A stretch of 54,737 bases of DNA, counting the filler, from Nitrospinae bacterium RIFCSPLOWO2_12_FULL_45_22 (lineage in GTDB: Bacteria; 2-12-FULL-45-22), in assembly GCA_001803565.1 (NCBI GenBank). It is 4 parts of 4 records of this genome, joined end to end, with 100 filler letters (N's around TTAATTAATTAA, not from the genome) between each part and the next. Parts side by side here need not be neighbours in the genome. Positions count along the whole stretch, not along the records: positions 26,201 to 42,379 come from MHDQ01000318.1; positions 42,480 to 54,737 come from MHDQ01000319.1; 2 more parts are not named here. The stretch is one strand, 5' to 3'. A program made the position numbers and the translations under genes. A model generated the notes under the pieces. It did no database searches and had not been told where the DNA came from. It was given only the letters and a program-made list of their open reading frames with translations. Positions 36,019-45,472 of this stretch are shown piece by piece (positions within the stretch are counted from its first letter, which is position 1; every line of letters starts with the position of its first letter).

Positions 36019-38562
36019 ATGGTAAGTCCCAGGAGAGAAGATTTGGAGGCATTAGCTAAACCCGGTAGTATAAGCTTTGCTGACCGAGCGGTAAAGGCAA
36101 AGCCGTATGAATGGGGATTCGGTTCAACACTAAGGGTGGCTAAACTACGAGAGGGTTTATTCTCTAAAGCTGCCGTAATAAGGGATTGGTCAAGCCTGGG
36201 CCGGGGTGTTACTACCTTCAGGAAGGATGTCAAGGTAGACATGGACCGCGCCAGACTCGTCACTAAGTCCTATAAAGAGACGGAGGGGCAACCCTGGCCC
36301 ATCCGGAGGGGAACGGCACTTTATAAACTCTGCGACGAGCTCCCTATCTATATAAAACCCCAGGACCTGATCGTTGGTAACCCCAATAGCGCCCCGGACG
36401 AGGTACGTTGGTATCCGGAGGCCGATGTGAGCTATATGCCCCAGGCAGTTACTGAAGGTGGCTATCAACATATGCTTACAGATGAGGAGAAGCAAGAATT
36501 AATAGGGGATATTTATGAGTATTGGAAGGACAAGACCCTGGAGGCATCAGTGCGGAAGGTCTTACCGGAGGATATCAAAAACTTCTGTGATATTGGTCCT
36601 TACTCGACAGCCGGTTATGCCAATTTCTGGCGCTCGCCTCGGGGTCTGGCTAACCCTGATTGGGAAGGAATATTGCAAGATGGGATTGCTGCCCGGATAA
36701 AGCGTATAGAGAATAATTATGCCCGCCATAAAGCCTGCATGCCAGAGACTATGAACCCAGTCGAGTATATCAAGAGGTGCCATAACTACGAGGCGATGAT
36801 AATTGCCGGGAAAGCTATCCTGCGGTTAGCAGAGCGATATGCAGAATTGGCCGCTGAACTAGCCAAAAAAGAGAAGGATGAGAAGCGGAAGAAGGAGTTG
36901 GAAGAGATTGCTGAGGTCTGCCGTTGGGTGCCAGCTAATCCGCCCAGGACCTTTCGTGAGGCCCTTCAGGCCTATTGGCTAATCGAAGTAGTATTTCGCT
37001 TTCTCGAGGCCCCTAGTAATGGTAGTGGCTGCAGGCTGGACCAGATCTGGTACCCTTATTATAAAAAGGATATTGAGGAGGGCAGTATCTGCCGGGCAGA
37101 GGCCCTGGAACTGATAGAGTGCTGGATGCTGAATGTAGAAGAGACCGGGATGCATTGCGAGGCACCCGATACCTTTACTGTAGGGGCCGGCGGCTCTATC
37201 TTCTATACTGCCAATATTGCTGGTACTGTTGATGGCAAAGATGCCTCCAATGATCTGACCTGCGTTATTATGGAGGCCCTCGCCAATGTCCGTACCTCAC
37301 AGCCACCTATCGCCTTCCGCTATTCCCCTAAGGTTTCACCTGATGTTATGGTACGGGCCATTGACCTTTGTCGTACCGGCACTGGACACCCGGCCTTCTT
37401 CAATGAAGACCTGTTCAGCCGTTACTCATTGCTCCAGGGAAATCCAGCCGAAGATACCGAGAAATTTGCCGTAGCCGGCTGTATGGCCCCCACTATTACA
37501 GGCAAGTCCTTGAATGCCGGGGCCTACGGAGTCGCTGGTATCTATACGCCGATGAAGTCGTTGGAGTTGGCCCTCTGGCAAGGGGTGGACAAGATCAGTG
37601 GGCTTAAAGTAGGGGCTGATACCCCTGACCCCCGGAGCTTTAAGGATGCCCATGACCTGCTCAAGGCCGTTGGTATTCAGCAGGAAACTATGGTTAGACG
37701 CTATGCCCTGTCTCATGATCTGGGATTTACAGTGTTGATCGAGCGATTCCCTATGCCAGCCACCTCGTTCCTATTAGATGATTGTCCAGATATGGGTATA
37801 GATGTAAACGAGATGAGCCGTAAGTATAATAGCTGGCCCTGCCTCGCGGGGGCGGAATTCAGCACCCTGGCCGATTCTCTGGCGGCTGTCCAGAAACTTA
37901 TTTATGAGGATAAGAAGGTTAGTTGGGATGAGTTGCTGGAGGCCCTGGAAGCAAATTGGGAAGGTAGAGAAGAGTTGCGACAGCTCTTCCTGCGGGCCCC
38001 TAAATACGGTAATGATGATGACTATGCCGATAACTGGGCCGTCTTTGCCCGCAAAGAGGTCTTAGCGGCAACGGCCCGGGTCAAGGATGCCTGGGGCAAA
38101 TCCTGGGCATATGACGGAAGTACCGGTATTTCTCCCATGGCCCTTCCCCGGGGGGTGTATGCTACTCCGGATGGACGCCGGGCCAGTGAACCGGGGGCGG
38201 ACTCTAGCCTGGCACCTTGTGCGGGCAGAGATACCAAGGGGCCTACAGCGGTTCTTAACTCCATCAGAAAAATACCTTTTATGATGAATGACTTGTTGAA
38301 CCAGCGGTTCATGCCCATGTTCCTGGAAGGGGATAACCGGGAGCTCTTTTTCCACTATCTCCGACAATGGTACGAGGGGAGGAATTCTTACCATGTCCAG
38401 TTCAATGTGGTTAATAACGAGCTGCTAAAAGAGGCCCAGCTCCATCCCGAGAAACACCAAGACCTGATGGTGAGGGTAGCGGGCTATAGTGCCTATTTTG
38501 TTGACTTGCCAACGGAGGTACAAGACCATGTCATTGCCCGGACAGAACAGACCTTCGCCTAA
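36019..38562 (+). CDS. Glycyl-radical enzyme (PFL2/GRE family), unknown substrate
   Basis: C-terminal HVQFNV and LMVRVAGYS glycyl motif; PKYGNDD; Cys loop GCMAP. Confidence 0.93.
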   Translation: MVSPRREDLEALAKPGSISFADRAVKAKPYEWGFGSTLRVAKLREGLFSKAAVIRDWSSLGRGVTTFRKDVKVDMDRARLVTKSYKETEGQPWPIRRGTALYKLCDELPIYIKPQDLIVGNPNSAPDEVRWYPEADVSYMPQAVTEGGYQHMLTDEEKQELIGDIYEYWKDKTLEASVRKVLPEDIKNFCDIGPYSTAGYANFWRSPRGLANPDWEGILQDGIAARIKRIENNYARHKACMPETMNPVEYIKRCHNYEAMIIAGKAILRLAERYAELAAELAKKEKDEKRKKELEEIAEVCRWVPANPPRTFREALQAYWLIEVVFRFLEAPSNGSGCRLDQIWYPYYKKDIEEGSICRAEALELIECWMLNVEETGMHCEAPDTFTVGAGGSIFYTANIAGTVDGKDASNDLTCVIMEALANVRTSQPPIAFRYSPKVSPDVMVRAIDLCRTGTGHPAFFNEDLFSRYSLLQGNPAEDTEKFAVAGCMAPTITGKSLNAGAYGVAGIYTPMKSLELALWQGVDKISGLKVGADTPDPRSFKDAHDLLKAVGIQQETMVRRYALSHDLGFTVLIERFPMPATSFLLDDCPDMGIDVNEMSRKYNSWPCLAGAEFSTLADSLAAVQKLIYEDKKVSWDELLEALEANWEGREELRQLFLRAPKYGNDDDYADNWAVFARKEVLAATARVKDAWGKSWAYDGSTGISPMALPRGVYATPDGRRASEPGADSSLAPCAGRDTKGPTAVLNSIRKIPFMMNDLLNQRFMPMFLEGDNRELFFHYLRQWYEGRNSYHVQFNVVNNELLKEAQLHPEKHQDLMVRVAGYSAYFVDLPTEVQDHVIARTEQTFA

Positions 38563-38650
38563 AAAGTCAGTACCCGGGGCCAGGGATCGGGGCTCAGATT
38601 TATGATCTTTAAATAATGCTGCTCCCTGCTCCCTGGTTCATAATAAAGAG

Positions 38651-38701
38651 ATGTAGCGTGAAAGCTTGCTTTCATAATGCGAGCAAGCTCGCACGCTACA
38701 T
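38651..38701. repeat. GTAG-type REP doublet
   Basis: ATGTAGCGTG...CACGCTACAT with two inner hairpins; near-identical copy at 54461-54539. Confidence 0.85.
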
Positions 38702-38728
38702 TGCAAATCCCGGTAGAAAATAGCTGAA

Positions 38729-39655
38729 ATGACTGATTATCAACGCAAAGGTTATGTATTCAATATCCAGCGCTTCTCTATCCATGATGGCCCGGGTATA
38801 AGGACTACTGTCTTTCTGAAAGGCTGCCCCTTGAGGTGTAGCTGGTGTGCTAACCCGGAATCACTAAGACTCCTCCCAGAGATTATTACCCGCGATATCA
38901 AATGTATCAAGTGCGGGAAGTGTATCAAGACCTGCCCCCAGTGTGCTATCGCTGCCGAAGACCATGTGCAGAGAACTATCCATTGGGAAAAGTGTGACCA
39001 ATGTCTGCAATGTGCTGAGGCCTGCCCGGCTGGCGCCATAGAGGTAATGGGTAAATACCTTTCCGTAGACGAGGTTATTGAAGAAGTCTTGAGGGATCTC
39101 CATTTCTATACCGACAACAGTGGCGGTATGACCCTGTCCGGTGGTGAGCCGTTGTCCCAATGGCAATTCGCCCTCGATCTACTTAGAGAGGCTAAACAAA
39201 AGGGATTACATACGGTATTGGATACCAGCGGGTATACGGACTGGGAGATATTGGAGAAAATTTTAGAATATACCGATTTAGTGCTCTACGATATTAAGCA
39301 TATGGATGATGAGCTCCATCAGCGAGAAGTAAAGGTCTCTAACCGCCAAATCCTGGCTAATCTGGAGAAGGCCGCTAGCCGGTCAAAGACCAGGATCTGG
39401 GTCCGCTGCCCGGTCATACCGGATTTCAATGATACCGACGAGCATTTCCGGCAGATGGCCAGCTTTATCCTGGGGCTAGGAAAAGCCGTGGATAAAGTAT
39501 CCCTCCTGCCTTACCATCGGTTTGGCGAATTAAAATATAGCGCGGGCGGGAAGAAATATCCTTATGAAGGAAAACCTCAAATACCTGATGAAAAGATAGA
39601 GTACCTGAAACAGCTCCTAGAATCCTATCAGTTAGTAGTCACCCTCAAGAGTTAA
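38729..39655 (+). CDS. Glycyl-radical enzyme activating protein with ferredoxin insert
   Basis: HDGPGIRTTVFLKGCPLRCSWCANPE, two CxxCxxC, SGGEP, LPYH. Confidence 0.95.
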   Translation: MTDYQRKGYVFNIQRFSIHDGPGIRTTVFLKGCPLRCSWCANPESLRLLPEIITRDIKCIKCGKCIKTCPQCAIAAEDHVQRTIHWEKCDQCLQCAEACPAGAIEVMGKYLSVDEVIEEVLRDLHFYTDNSGGMTLSGGEPLSQWQFALDLLREAKQKGLHTVLDTSGYTDWEILEKILEYTDLVLYDIKHMDDELHQREVKVSNRQILANLEKAASRSKTRIWVRCPVIPDFNDTDEHFRQMASFILGLGKAVDKVSLLPYHRFGELKYSAGGKKYPYEGKPQIPDEKIEYLKQLLESYQLVVTLKS

Positions 39656-39694
39656 TGTAGTGGCAGAGCTTGCTCTGCACAGGGAGCCGGACCA

Positions 39695-40804
39695 ATGCCG
39701 TTATTATTAGAGAATAGCCAAACAGTACCAGACCTGTCACCCCAAAATATATTGGACACTACCAGAGAAAAGTTCAAAAAGGTGGTGCAGGAATCTAAAC
39801 CCCTCTTTGCCTGGTTCAGCCTCACAGAGGAATGTGACCTGCGCTGCAAATACTGTTTTGCCGATTCCAGCAAGCCCGTGGAAAGCGAGCTCTCCACGGC
39901 TGAGGCACTCCATATTATAGATAATATTGCCGAGGCCGGCACCCAGGCCATTGTCTTTGGCGGTGGTGAGCCTACCTTAAGAAAAGACCTGTCTGAGATC
40001 GTGCAACATAGCTCTAGATATATGAGCGTCGCTATCAATACGAACGGCCAGGCCCTTGACCGATACTATATAGAGCGGTTAGCCCAGGCTGGTCTATCGC
40101 AGATAAAGATCAGTGTGGATGGCTTGCAAGATACCCATGACTGGAATCGGGGAAAGGGTAGTTTTGAAAAGGCTATAGAAGGGTTAAAGGCCGGTAAGGT
40201 TGCCGGCATCCCCAGGGTAATAATGATTGCTACTGTCTCTCAACGCAACTATAAAGAAGTATCCGGGATGGTAAAACTAGCTATGGAGCTAGGGGTAGAC
40301 TTTTCCGTGGTAGAATTCCTCCCCCTGGGTAGAGGGATGCAGGAAAAGGGCTGGGGCCTCACCCAGGACCAGACCAGGGATTTGCAGCGCTATCTGATGG
40401 AAGCCCGAAGGCTCTATGGGGCAAAACGGATAATCTTTGAAAACCGCTATATCATAACCGAAGATGAGCATGCCCAGAAGATATGTATTGATCCCAATAA
40501 ACCGGTGGATGTATTTGATTTTTGTGTGGGCTGCCCTAACGGAATATACCAGTACTGTATAAACGCCACTGGTAAAGTGACGGCAGGCGATATAACTACC
40601 CTGGAAATAGGGGACCTGAGGAAAGAAAAACTAGGCACCATATGGCGGGATTCCGATGTGCTTAACCTCTTGCGGGATAGAGAGAAGCTGAAAGGTAAAT
40701 GTGGCGATTGCGAATACAAGTATATCTGCGGGGGCTGCCGCAGAAGGGCCTATACTTATACCGGAGACCTTATGGCTGAAGACCCCGGCTGCTGGCGAAA
40801 ATAG
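39695..40804 (+). CDS. Radical SAM/SPASM protein
   Basis: CDLRCKYC, GGGEP, GKCGDC...CGGCR.RAY..DPGCW. Confidence 0.9.
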   Translation: MPLLLENSQTVPDLSPQNILDTTREKFKKVVQESKPLFAWFSLTEECDLRCKYCFADSSKPVESELSTAEALHIIDNIAEAGTQAIVFGGGEPTLRKDLSEIVQHSSRYMSVAINTNGQALDRYYIERLAQAGLSQIKISVDGLQDTHDWNRGKGSFEKAIEGLKAGKVAGIPRVIMIATVSQRNYKEVSGMVKLAMELGVDFSVVEFLPLGRGMQEKGWGLTQDQTRDLQRYLMEARRLYGAKRIIFENRYIITEDEHAQKICIDPNKPVDVFDFCVGCPNGIYQYCINATGKVTAGDITTLEIGDLRKEKLGTIWRDSDVLNLLRDREKLKGKCGDCEYKYICGGCRRRAYTYTGDLMAEDPGCWRK

Positions 40805-41220
40805 AAGGATTGTTGGCGCGAACAACGACGACAGAAATATATACCCAGGTAAGCAGCAAGTCATTAGGCAAGATAAAAAGGCCGTTGGACATTTTAACCC
40901 TGTAATTGCTCAATATCTTGTGGGGAATTAATATCACCGCAGAGACGCGGAGAAGAAATTAAATGGGACACGGATAACACAGATTTAACGGATAGATTCG
41001 CTTCGCTCACTACAGGTTTGCTTAAATTTTTTATCTGTGTTAATCCCAACTATCCGTTATATCCATGTTCTAAATGAATTGACAATATTTAATTAACGCA
41101 GGCTAAAGCCTGCGACTACCCCAAAACCGCATTAATAAAATGAAAATTCCTATGCTATCGAGTTAGGCGACATCCTTTAATAGCTAATAGATAAAGAATA
41201 TAATAAAAGGAGGTAAACTC

Positions 41221-41433
41221 ATGCATGAAAAGGAAATAGAGGTAAAAATACAGAAGCTTCCCGATGATTTGAGGGGAGAGGTTTTAGATTATGTGGACTT
41301 TCTGCTAAGCAAATATCAAAAAAGAGAAACTGTGAGGAAGAAATTCAAGTTCGACTGGGAAGGTGGACTATCAGAGATAAGAGAGAAATTTACTTCTGTT
41401 GTGCTACAACACAAGGCTTTGGAGTGGAGATAA
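41221..41433 (+). CDS. DUF2281-family putative antitoxin
   Basis: LP....EVLDYVDFL..K, F.WEGGL, LQH...WR; AGGAGG RBS. Confidence 0.8.
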   Translation: MHEKEIEVKIQKLPDDLRGEVLDYVDFLLSKYQKRETVRKKFKFDWEGGLSEIREKFTSVVLQHKALEWR

Positions 41434-41471
41434 TGTTTTTAGTGGATACGAATGTAGGAAGTCTATTATGA
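41433..41471 (+). pseudogene. N-terminal stub of a PIN/VapC toxin
   Basis: TAATG coupling, reads MFLVDTNVGSLL*. Confidence 0.6.
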
Positions 41472-42379
41472 ACGAATTGATTGTGCAATATTATCATAGC
41501 AATAATCCTACCTGTCAAGTTGGTTATCGTTCTGAACCTGGCATACAAGAGACAGACAAGTTCCCGTTCACTTTCAGCCTTCCAAAGGAAGATCGGGAGC
41601 TTCTCCAGTGGTATCTTGAAGAGTATCTTACTTATCCCTACGGCGCCTTCCAAGACCGTGCAAAGCGTGCTGAAAAAGTCATTTCTGACCAGGGTGAGAA
41701 ACTATTTGCTGCAATCTTCCGCAATGAGAAGGATAAAAGTCAATCTGCCATCAGGTTCTATGACCGTGCTATGGAAAATCCAGCCGATTGCCACATCATT
41801 ATCCAGGCCGACCACCCCGCTGGCTGGTCCCTGCCATGGGAATTCATGTATGACCCTGCCTATGTATACCTTGTGCAAAAAGTAAGCGGATTTGTGCGGA
41901 GTCATCCTGGAGCTGGCGTTCATCTTAAACCCATACCCACGGATACACCTAAGATCAATATTCTGATGGTTATCTCTCGCCCGGGTGGCGAGGAAGATGT
42001 TCCTTTTCAATCGGTGGCCCGGCCTCTGATGGAGATATTTCGACCACACCGAGATCGCATTCAATGCGATGTTCTGCGTCCGCCAACTTATGAGCAGTTA
42101 CAAAAGGTACTGGCAGACAAACCAAATTTTTATCATATCTTACACTTTGACGGACATGGCGTATTCCCACATCCCGGAAGCATAGACCACCTTACCTTCC
42201 TGTTAGAGCAAGGGTCACCAGGACAACTTGTATTTGAAAAAGCCGGTGGCGGAAGCCGTTTTGTCTCTGGATCAGAACTTGGCAATCTGCTCTCAGGTAA
42301 AGGCATTCCAGTGGTGATGCTGAACGCATGTCAATCTGGTATGACCCACCCTGATATGCTATATCCCTCCATCGGTGGC
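41468..42379 (+). CDS. CHAT-domain (caspase-like) protein, 3'-truncated by contig end
   Basis: LPWE, HILHFDGHG and LNACQS dyad motifs; ATG at 41468. Confidence 0.88.
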
Positions 42380-42479
42380 NNNNNNNNNNNNNNNNNNNNN
42401 NNNNNNNNNNNNNNNNNNNNNNNTTAATTAATTAANNNNNNNNNNNNNNNNNNNNNNNNNNNNNNNNNNNNNNNNNNNN
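42380..42479. other. Artificial contig linker
   Basis: N-run with TTAATTAATTAA. Confidence 0.98.
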
Positions 42480-42654
42480 ATTTCCTGGCCTCTTGGCTTC
42501 CTAATAAAAAAGAAGGCAAAAAATAGGCATAATACGTAACTGTATTTATGAAATGAAGCACTAAGGTAAATTATTCCTCAGCTTTGCATTTTACGCTTTC
42601 TTAATGTCTTCGTGTTTTCGTGACAGAGAAGAGTTGTTCGGGTGAACGCTTACT

Positions 42655-43986
42655 ATGCCAGAAAGGAAACCTACCGTTGTCATTGTAGGACGGCCCAATG
42701 TAGGTAAGTCCACCCTCTATAATCGTATTGTTCACCGCCGTGATGCCATTGTTAATCATACTGCCGGTGTTACCCGGGATAGACAGGAAGCTAAGGCCCA
42801 CTGGCGCGATAAAAGTTTTATCATTGCCGATACCGGTGGTTATGAAACGGTACCGGCAGATGACCTTACTGCCCAGATCCAGCTCCAGCTAAACCAGGCT
42901 ATTAAAAAAGCAGATATAATTATCTTTTTAGGGGATGCTAAAGAGGGATTAACCCTCCTGGATAGTCAGATGGCTTCCCTCCTCAGGAAGGCAGATAAAC
43001 CGATAATATTGGCTATTAATAAGGTTGATGCCCCTCAACACTATAATAGGGTCTATGACTTTTATCCCTTAGGCCTGGGAGACCCTATCCCCATTTCTGC
43101 CGAGCATAATATTGGTGTTTCTGAATTATTAGACCGCGTAGAAAGGTTACTAGCTCCTAATGCTCCCGAGGATGAATCAGAACCCACTATGCGGATAGCC
43201 GTTATTGGGCGGCCTAATGTGGGTAAGTCTTCCCTGATAAACAGGCTATTAGGAGAAGAGAGGGTTATTGTCCATCAAGTACCTGGCACCACTAGAGATG
43301 CTGTAGACACCATCCTGGAAATAAAGGGCAGTAAATATGTTCTTACTGATACAGCCGGGATCAGGAAAAAAGGGAGGGTAAGTGATAAAGTTGACAGGGT
43401 AAGTATGCTGATGGCCTTAAAACGGATAAAGCGCTCCGATATTGGTCTACTTCTCCTAGGTGCCGAGGAAGGGGTTACGGAGCAGGATGCCCGGATAGCC
43501 AGCTATGTACAGGAAGCCGGTCGGGCCATTATCATTGGGGTCAATAAATGTGACCTGATAGAGGATAATGATTATAATAGGGCTTTATTTAACCGGCGGA
43601 TTAGAGAAAAGATGCCTTATCTGGATTATGCCTCGATATTTTTCCTTTCTACTAAAACGGGCCAGGGGTTAAATCGCCTGTTCCCTCTATTAAAACAAGT
43701 ATTCAAAGAGTATAGCAAAGAGCTCCCTACTCCTAAACTAAATGACTTTCTTCAAGAAGCAGTACAAAGGCATACCCCACCCCTGTACCGTCAGAAGCCA
43801 ATAAAGTTTTACTATATAACCCAAATTATGACCCGGCCCCCATCCTTTCTCTGCTTTGTTAATTACCCCCAGGGTATTCAAGCCCCTTATCAACGCTATT
43901 TACAAAACCAATTAAGGGAGGCCCACGGTTTCCGGGGTACTCCCATCAGACTTCTCTTCCGGGCCAGAAAAGGAGATAAAACATAA
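42655..43986 (+). CDS. der: Ribosome biogenesis GTPase Der (EngA)
   Basis: Two GRPNVGKS G-domains plus KH-like C-terminus. Confidence 0.97.
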   Translation: MPERKPTVVIVGRPNVGKSTLYNRIVHRRDAIVNHTAGVTRDRQEAKAHWRDKSFIIADTGGYETVPADDLTAQIQLQLNQAIKKADIIIFLGDAKEGLTLLDSQMASLLRKADKPIILAINKVDAPQHYNRVYDFYPLGLGDPIPISAEHNIGVSELLDRVERLLAPNAPEDESEPTMRIAVIGRPNVGKSSLINRLLGEERVIVHQVPGTTRDAVDTILEIKGSKYVLTDTAGIRKKGRVSDKVDRVSMLMALKRIKRSDIGLLLLGAEEGVTEQDARIASYVQEAGRAIIIGVNKCDLIEDNDYNRALFNRRIREKMPYLDYASIFFLSTKTGQGLNRLFPLLKQVFKEYSKELPTPKLNDFLQEAVQRHTPPLYRQKPIKFYYITQIMTRPPSFLCFVNYPQGIQAPYQRYLQNQLREAHGFRGTPIRLLFRARKGDKT

Positions 43987-44050
43987 GGCATCCTTCATAT
44001 CTGACCAGAAGTAGTTAGTGCCCATCCAGAAATGAAATCGTGGCACTAAT

Positions 44051-44192
44051 TAGTTTCCAATCCAGAAATGAGGAATTTTCCGCAAGGTCAAGGAAATCAA
44101 GGGATTATGCGGAGTCGTTTAGTACGTCGCACAAATAATCCCGCAGATTGACGCAGAGATTGTGGAAAAGGGCCATTTATGGATGGAAACTA
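44051..44192. mobile_element. MITE-like element
   Basis: Terminal IR TAGTTTCCA(A)TCCAGAAATG / CATTTATGGATGGAAACTA; collapsed relative at 44016-44048. Confidence 0.7.
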
Positions 44193-44383
44193 GTTATACT
44201 GGTACGGGAAGGAAATGGAGGATTATTAGAGATAAAATGGATGAGTGGGTGTTATGTCGCCATTTTTAGCAGGGTTTAAACTATCTGTCAATAGCTGTTT
44301 CTGGAGTTTCCCAGGGAGATTCTCCTTGACAACGGGCCATATTTCCATATAAATATTGGCATATTCATCTTAGGGGGCAAAAA

Positions 44384-44830
44384 GTGGATTCAGTGGATAA
44401 AGAGTTATTAAATCAACTCCAGTCAGGATTACCTCTGGTTTCTCACCCCTTTAAGGCCCTGGGAGAGGCCCGGGAGCGGGATGAACAATGGGTCCTGGAG
44501 CGGATAAAGGAATTGCGGAGAGCCAAGATCATAAGACGTTTAGGTGGTATTTTTGATTCCAAGAGCCTGGGTTTTTCCAGCACATTAATTGCCCTCAAAG
44601 CCCCACCAGATAAGATAGATCAGGTAGCCACCATCATTAATGGCTACCCGGGCGTAACGCATAATTACCTGAGGGAACATGAATATAATATCTGGTTTAC
44701 CCTGACTGCCCCTTCACCGGCAGAATTAGAAAAAAACCTACAGGAAATTCTTAGAAAGACTGATGTTCCCGATCATCTTAATTTGCCCACCCAGAGGGTC
44801 TTTAAACTGAATGTAGAATTTTCTCTTTAA
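44384..44830 (+). CDS. ahbA: Siroheme decarboxylase subunit alpha (AsnC/Lrp-like)
   Basis: IIRRLG, PGVTHNYLR, NIWFT. Confidence 0.85.
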   Translation: MDSVDKELLNQLQSGLPLVSHPFKALGEARERDEQWVLERIKELRRAKIIRRLGGIFDSKSLGFSSTLIALKAPPDKIDQVATIINGYPGVTHNYLREHEYNIWFTLTAPSPAELEKNLQEILRKTDVPDHLNLPTQRVFKLNVEFSL

Positions 44831-44842
44831 GGGAAACTATCT

Positions 44843-45307
44843 TTGTTAGACGATCGAGATAAAGCTATTATCCAATGGTTACAAGGAGACCTCCCTTTAA
44901 AGGAGGCCCCTTATAAAGAAATAGCCGATGCCCTGGCCATGACTGAGGAAGAAGTGTTAGGAAGGATTGCCTCTTTTTTAGCCAGGGGTTATTTGCGGCG
45001 CATCGGGGCAGTCCTTTACCATCAGGAAGCTGGCTTTAAGGCCAATGCTATGGGGGTCTGGCAAGTCCCTCCTGATCAGGTAGAAAGGGTAGGGATGATC
45101 ATGTCCTCTTTTACTGAAGTCTCTCATTGCTATGAACGTCCCACCACCCCGCAATGGCCTTACAATCTTTTTACCATGATTCATGGGCGAGACAAGGAGC
45201 AATGCCAGAAAGTGGCGGAGGCTATATCGCATAAGACAGGAATAAAGGAATATCGCCTCTTATTCAGCATAAGGGAGCTAAAAAAGACCAGCATGAGCTA
45301 TTTTTAA
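44843..45307 (+). CDS. ahbB: Siroheme decarboxylase subunit beta
   Basis: ANAMGVW, VSHCYER, WPYNLFTMIHG, ELKKTSM. Confidence 0.88.
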   Translation: MLDDRDKAIIQWLQGDLPLKEAPYKEIADALAMTEEEVLGRIASFLARGYLRRIGAVLYHQEAGFKANAMGVWQVPPDQVERVGMIMSSFTEVSHCYERPTTPQWPYNLFTMIHGRDKEQCQKVAEAISHKTGIKEYRLLFSIRELKKTSMSYF

Positions 45308-45310
45308 TTT

Positions 45311-45453
45311 GGGTGTGGCTATTTTCGGTCAGAAACCAATTAACCCTGTAGTGGCAGAGCCGGGTACCCTTTGGGTGCTACTAGGAATGTCGAGCAAGCT
45401 CGACCACTACAAATTATATTATATAGGAGTTATGACAAAGAATAGCCACACCC
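45311..45453. mobile_element. Nested element: 13-bp perfect terminal IR enclosing a GTAG-REP
   Basis: GGGTGTGGCTATT/AATAGCCACACCC outer; TGTAGTGG...CCACTACA at 45347-45411. Confidence 0.75.
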
Positions 45454-45472
45454 TTTTAATTTCCCTTATCCT

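Noticed and set aside
36019-38562. GRE as benzyl/alkylsuccinate synthase or PFL
   Set aside because: No Arg at the BssA fumarate-binding position, no small subunits, and no CC pair.
39695-45307. SPASM radical SAM enzyme as AhbC/D partner of nearby ahbAB
   Set aside because: They are separated by a contig linker, so proximity is an artefact; the function cannot be assigned from motifs alone.
44384-45307. Lrp/AsnC transcription regulators
   Set aside because: The tandem pair with HNYLR and HCYER motifs matches siroheme decarboxylase AhbA/B.
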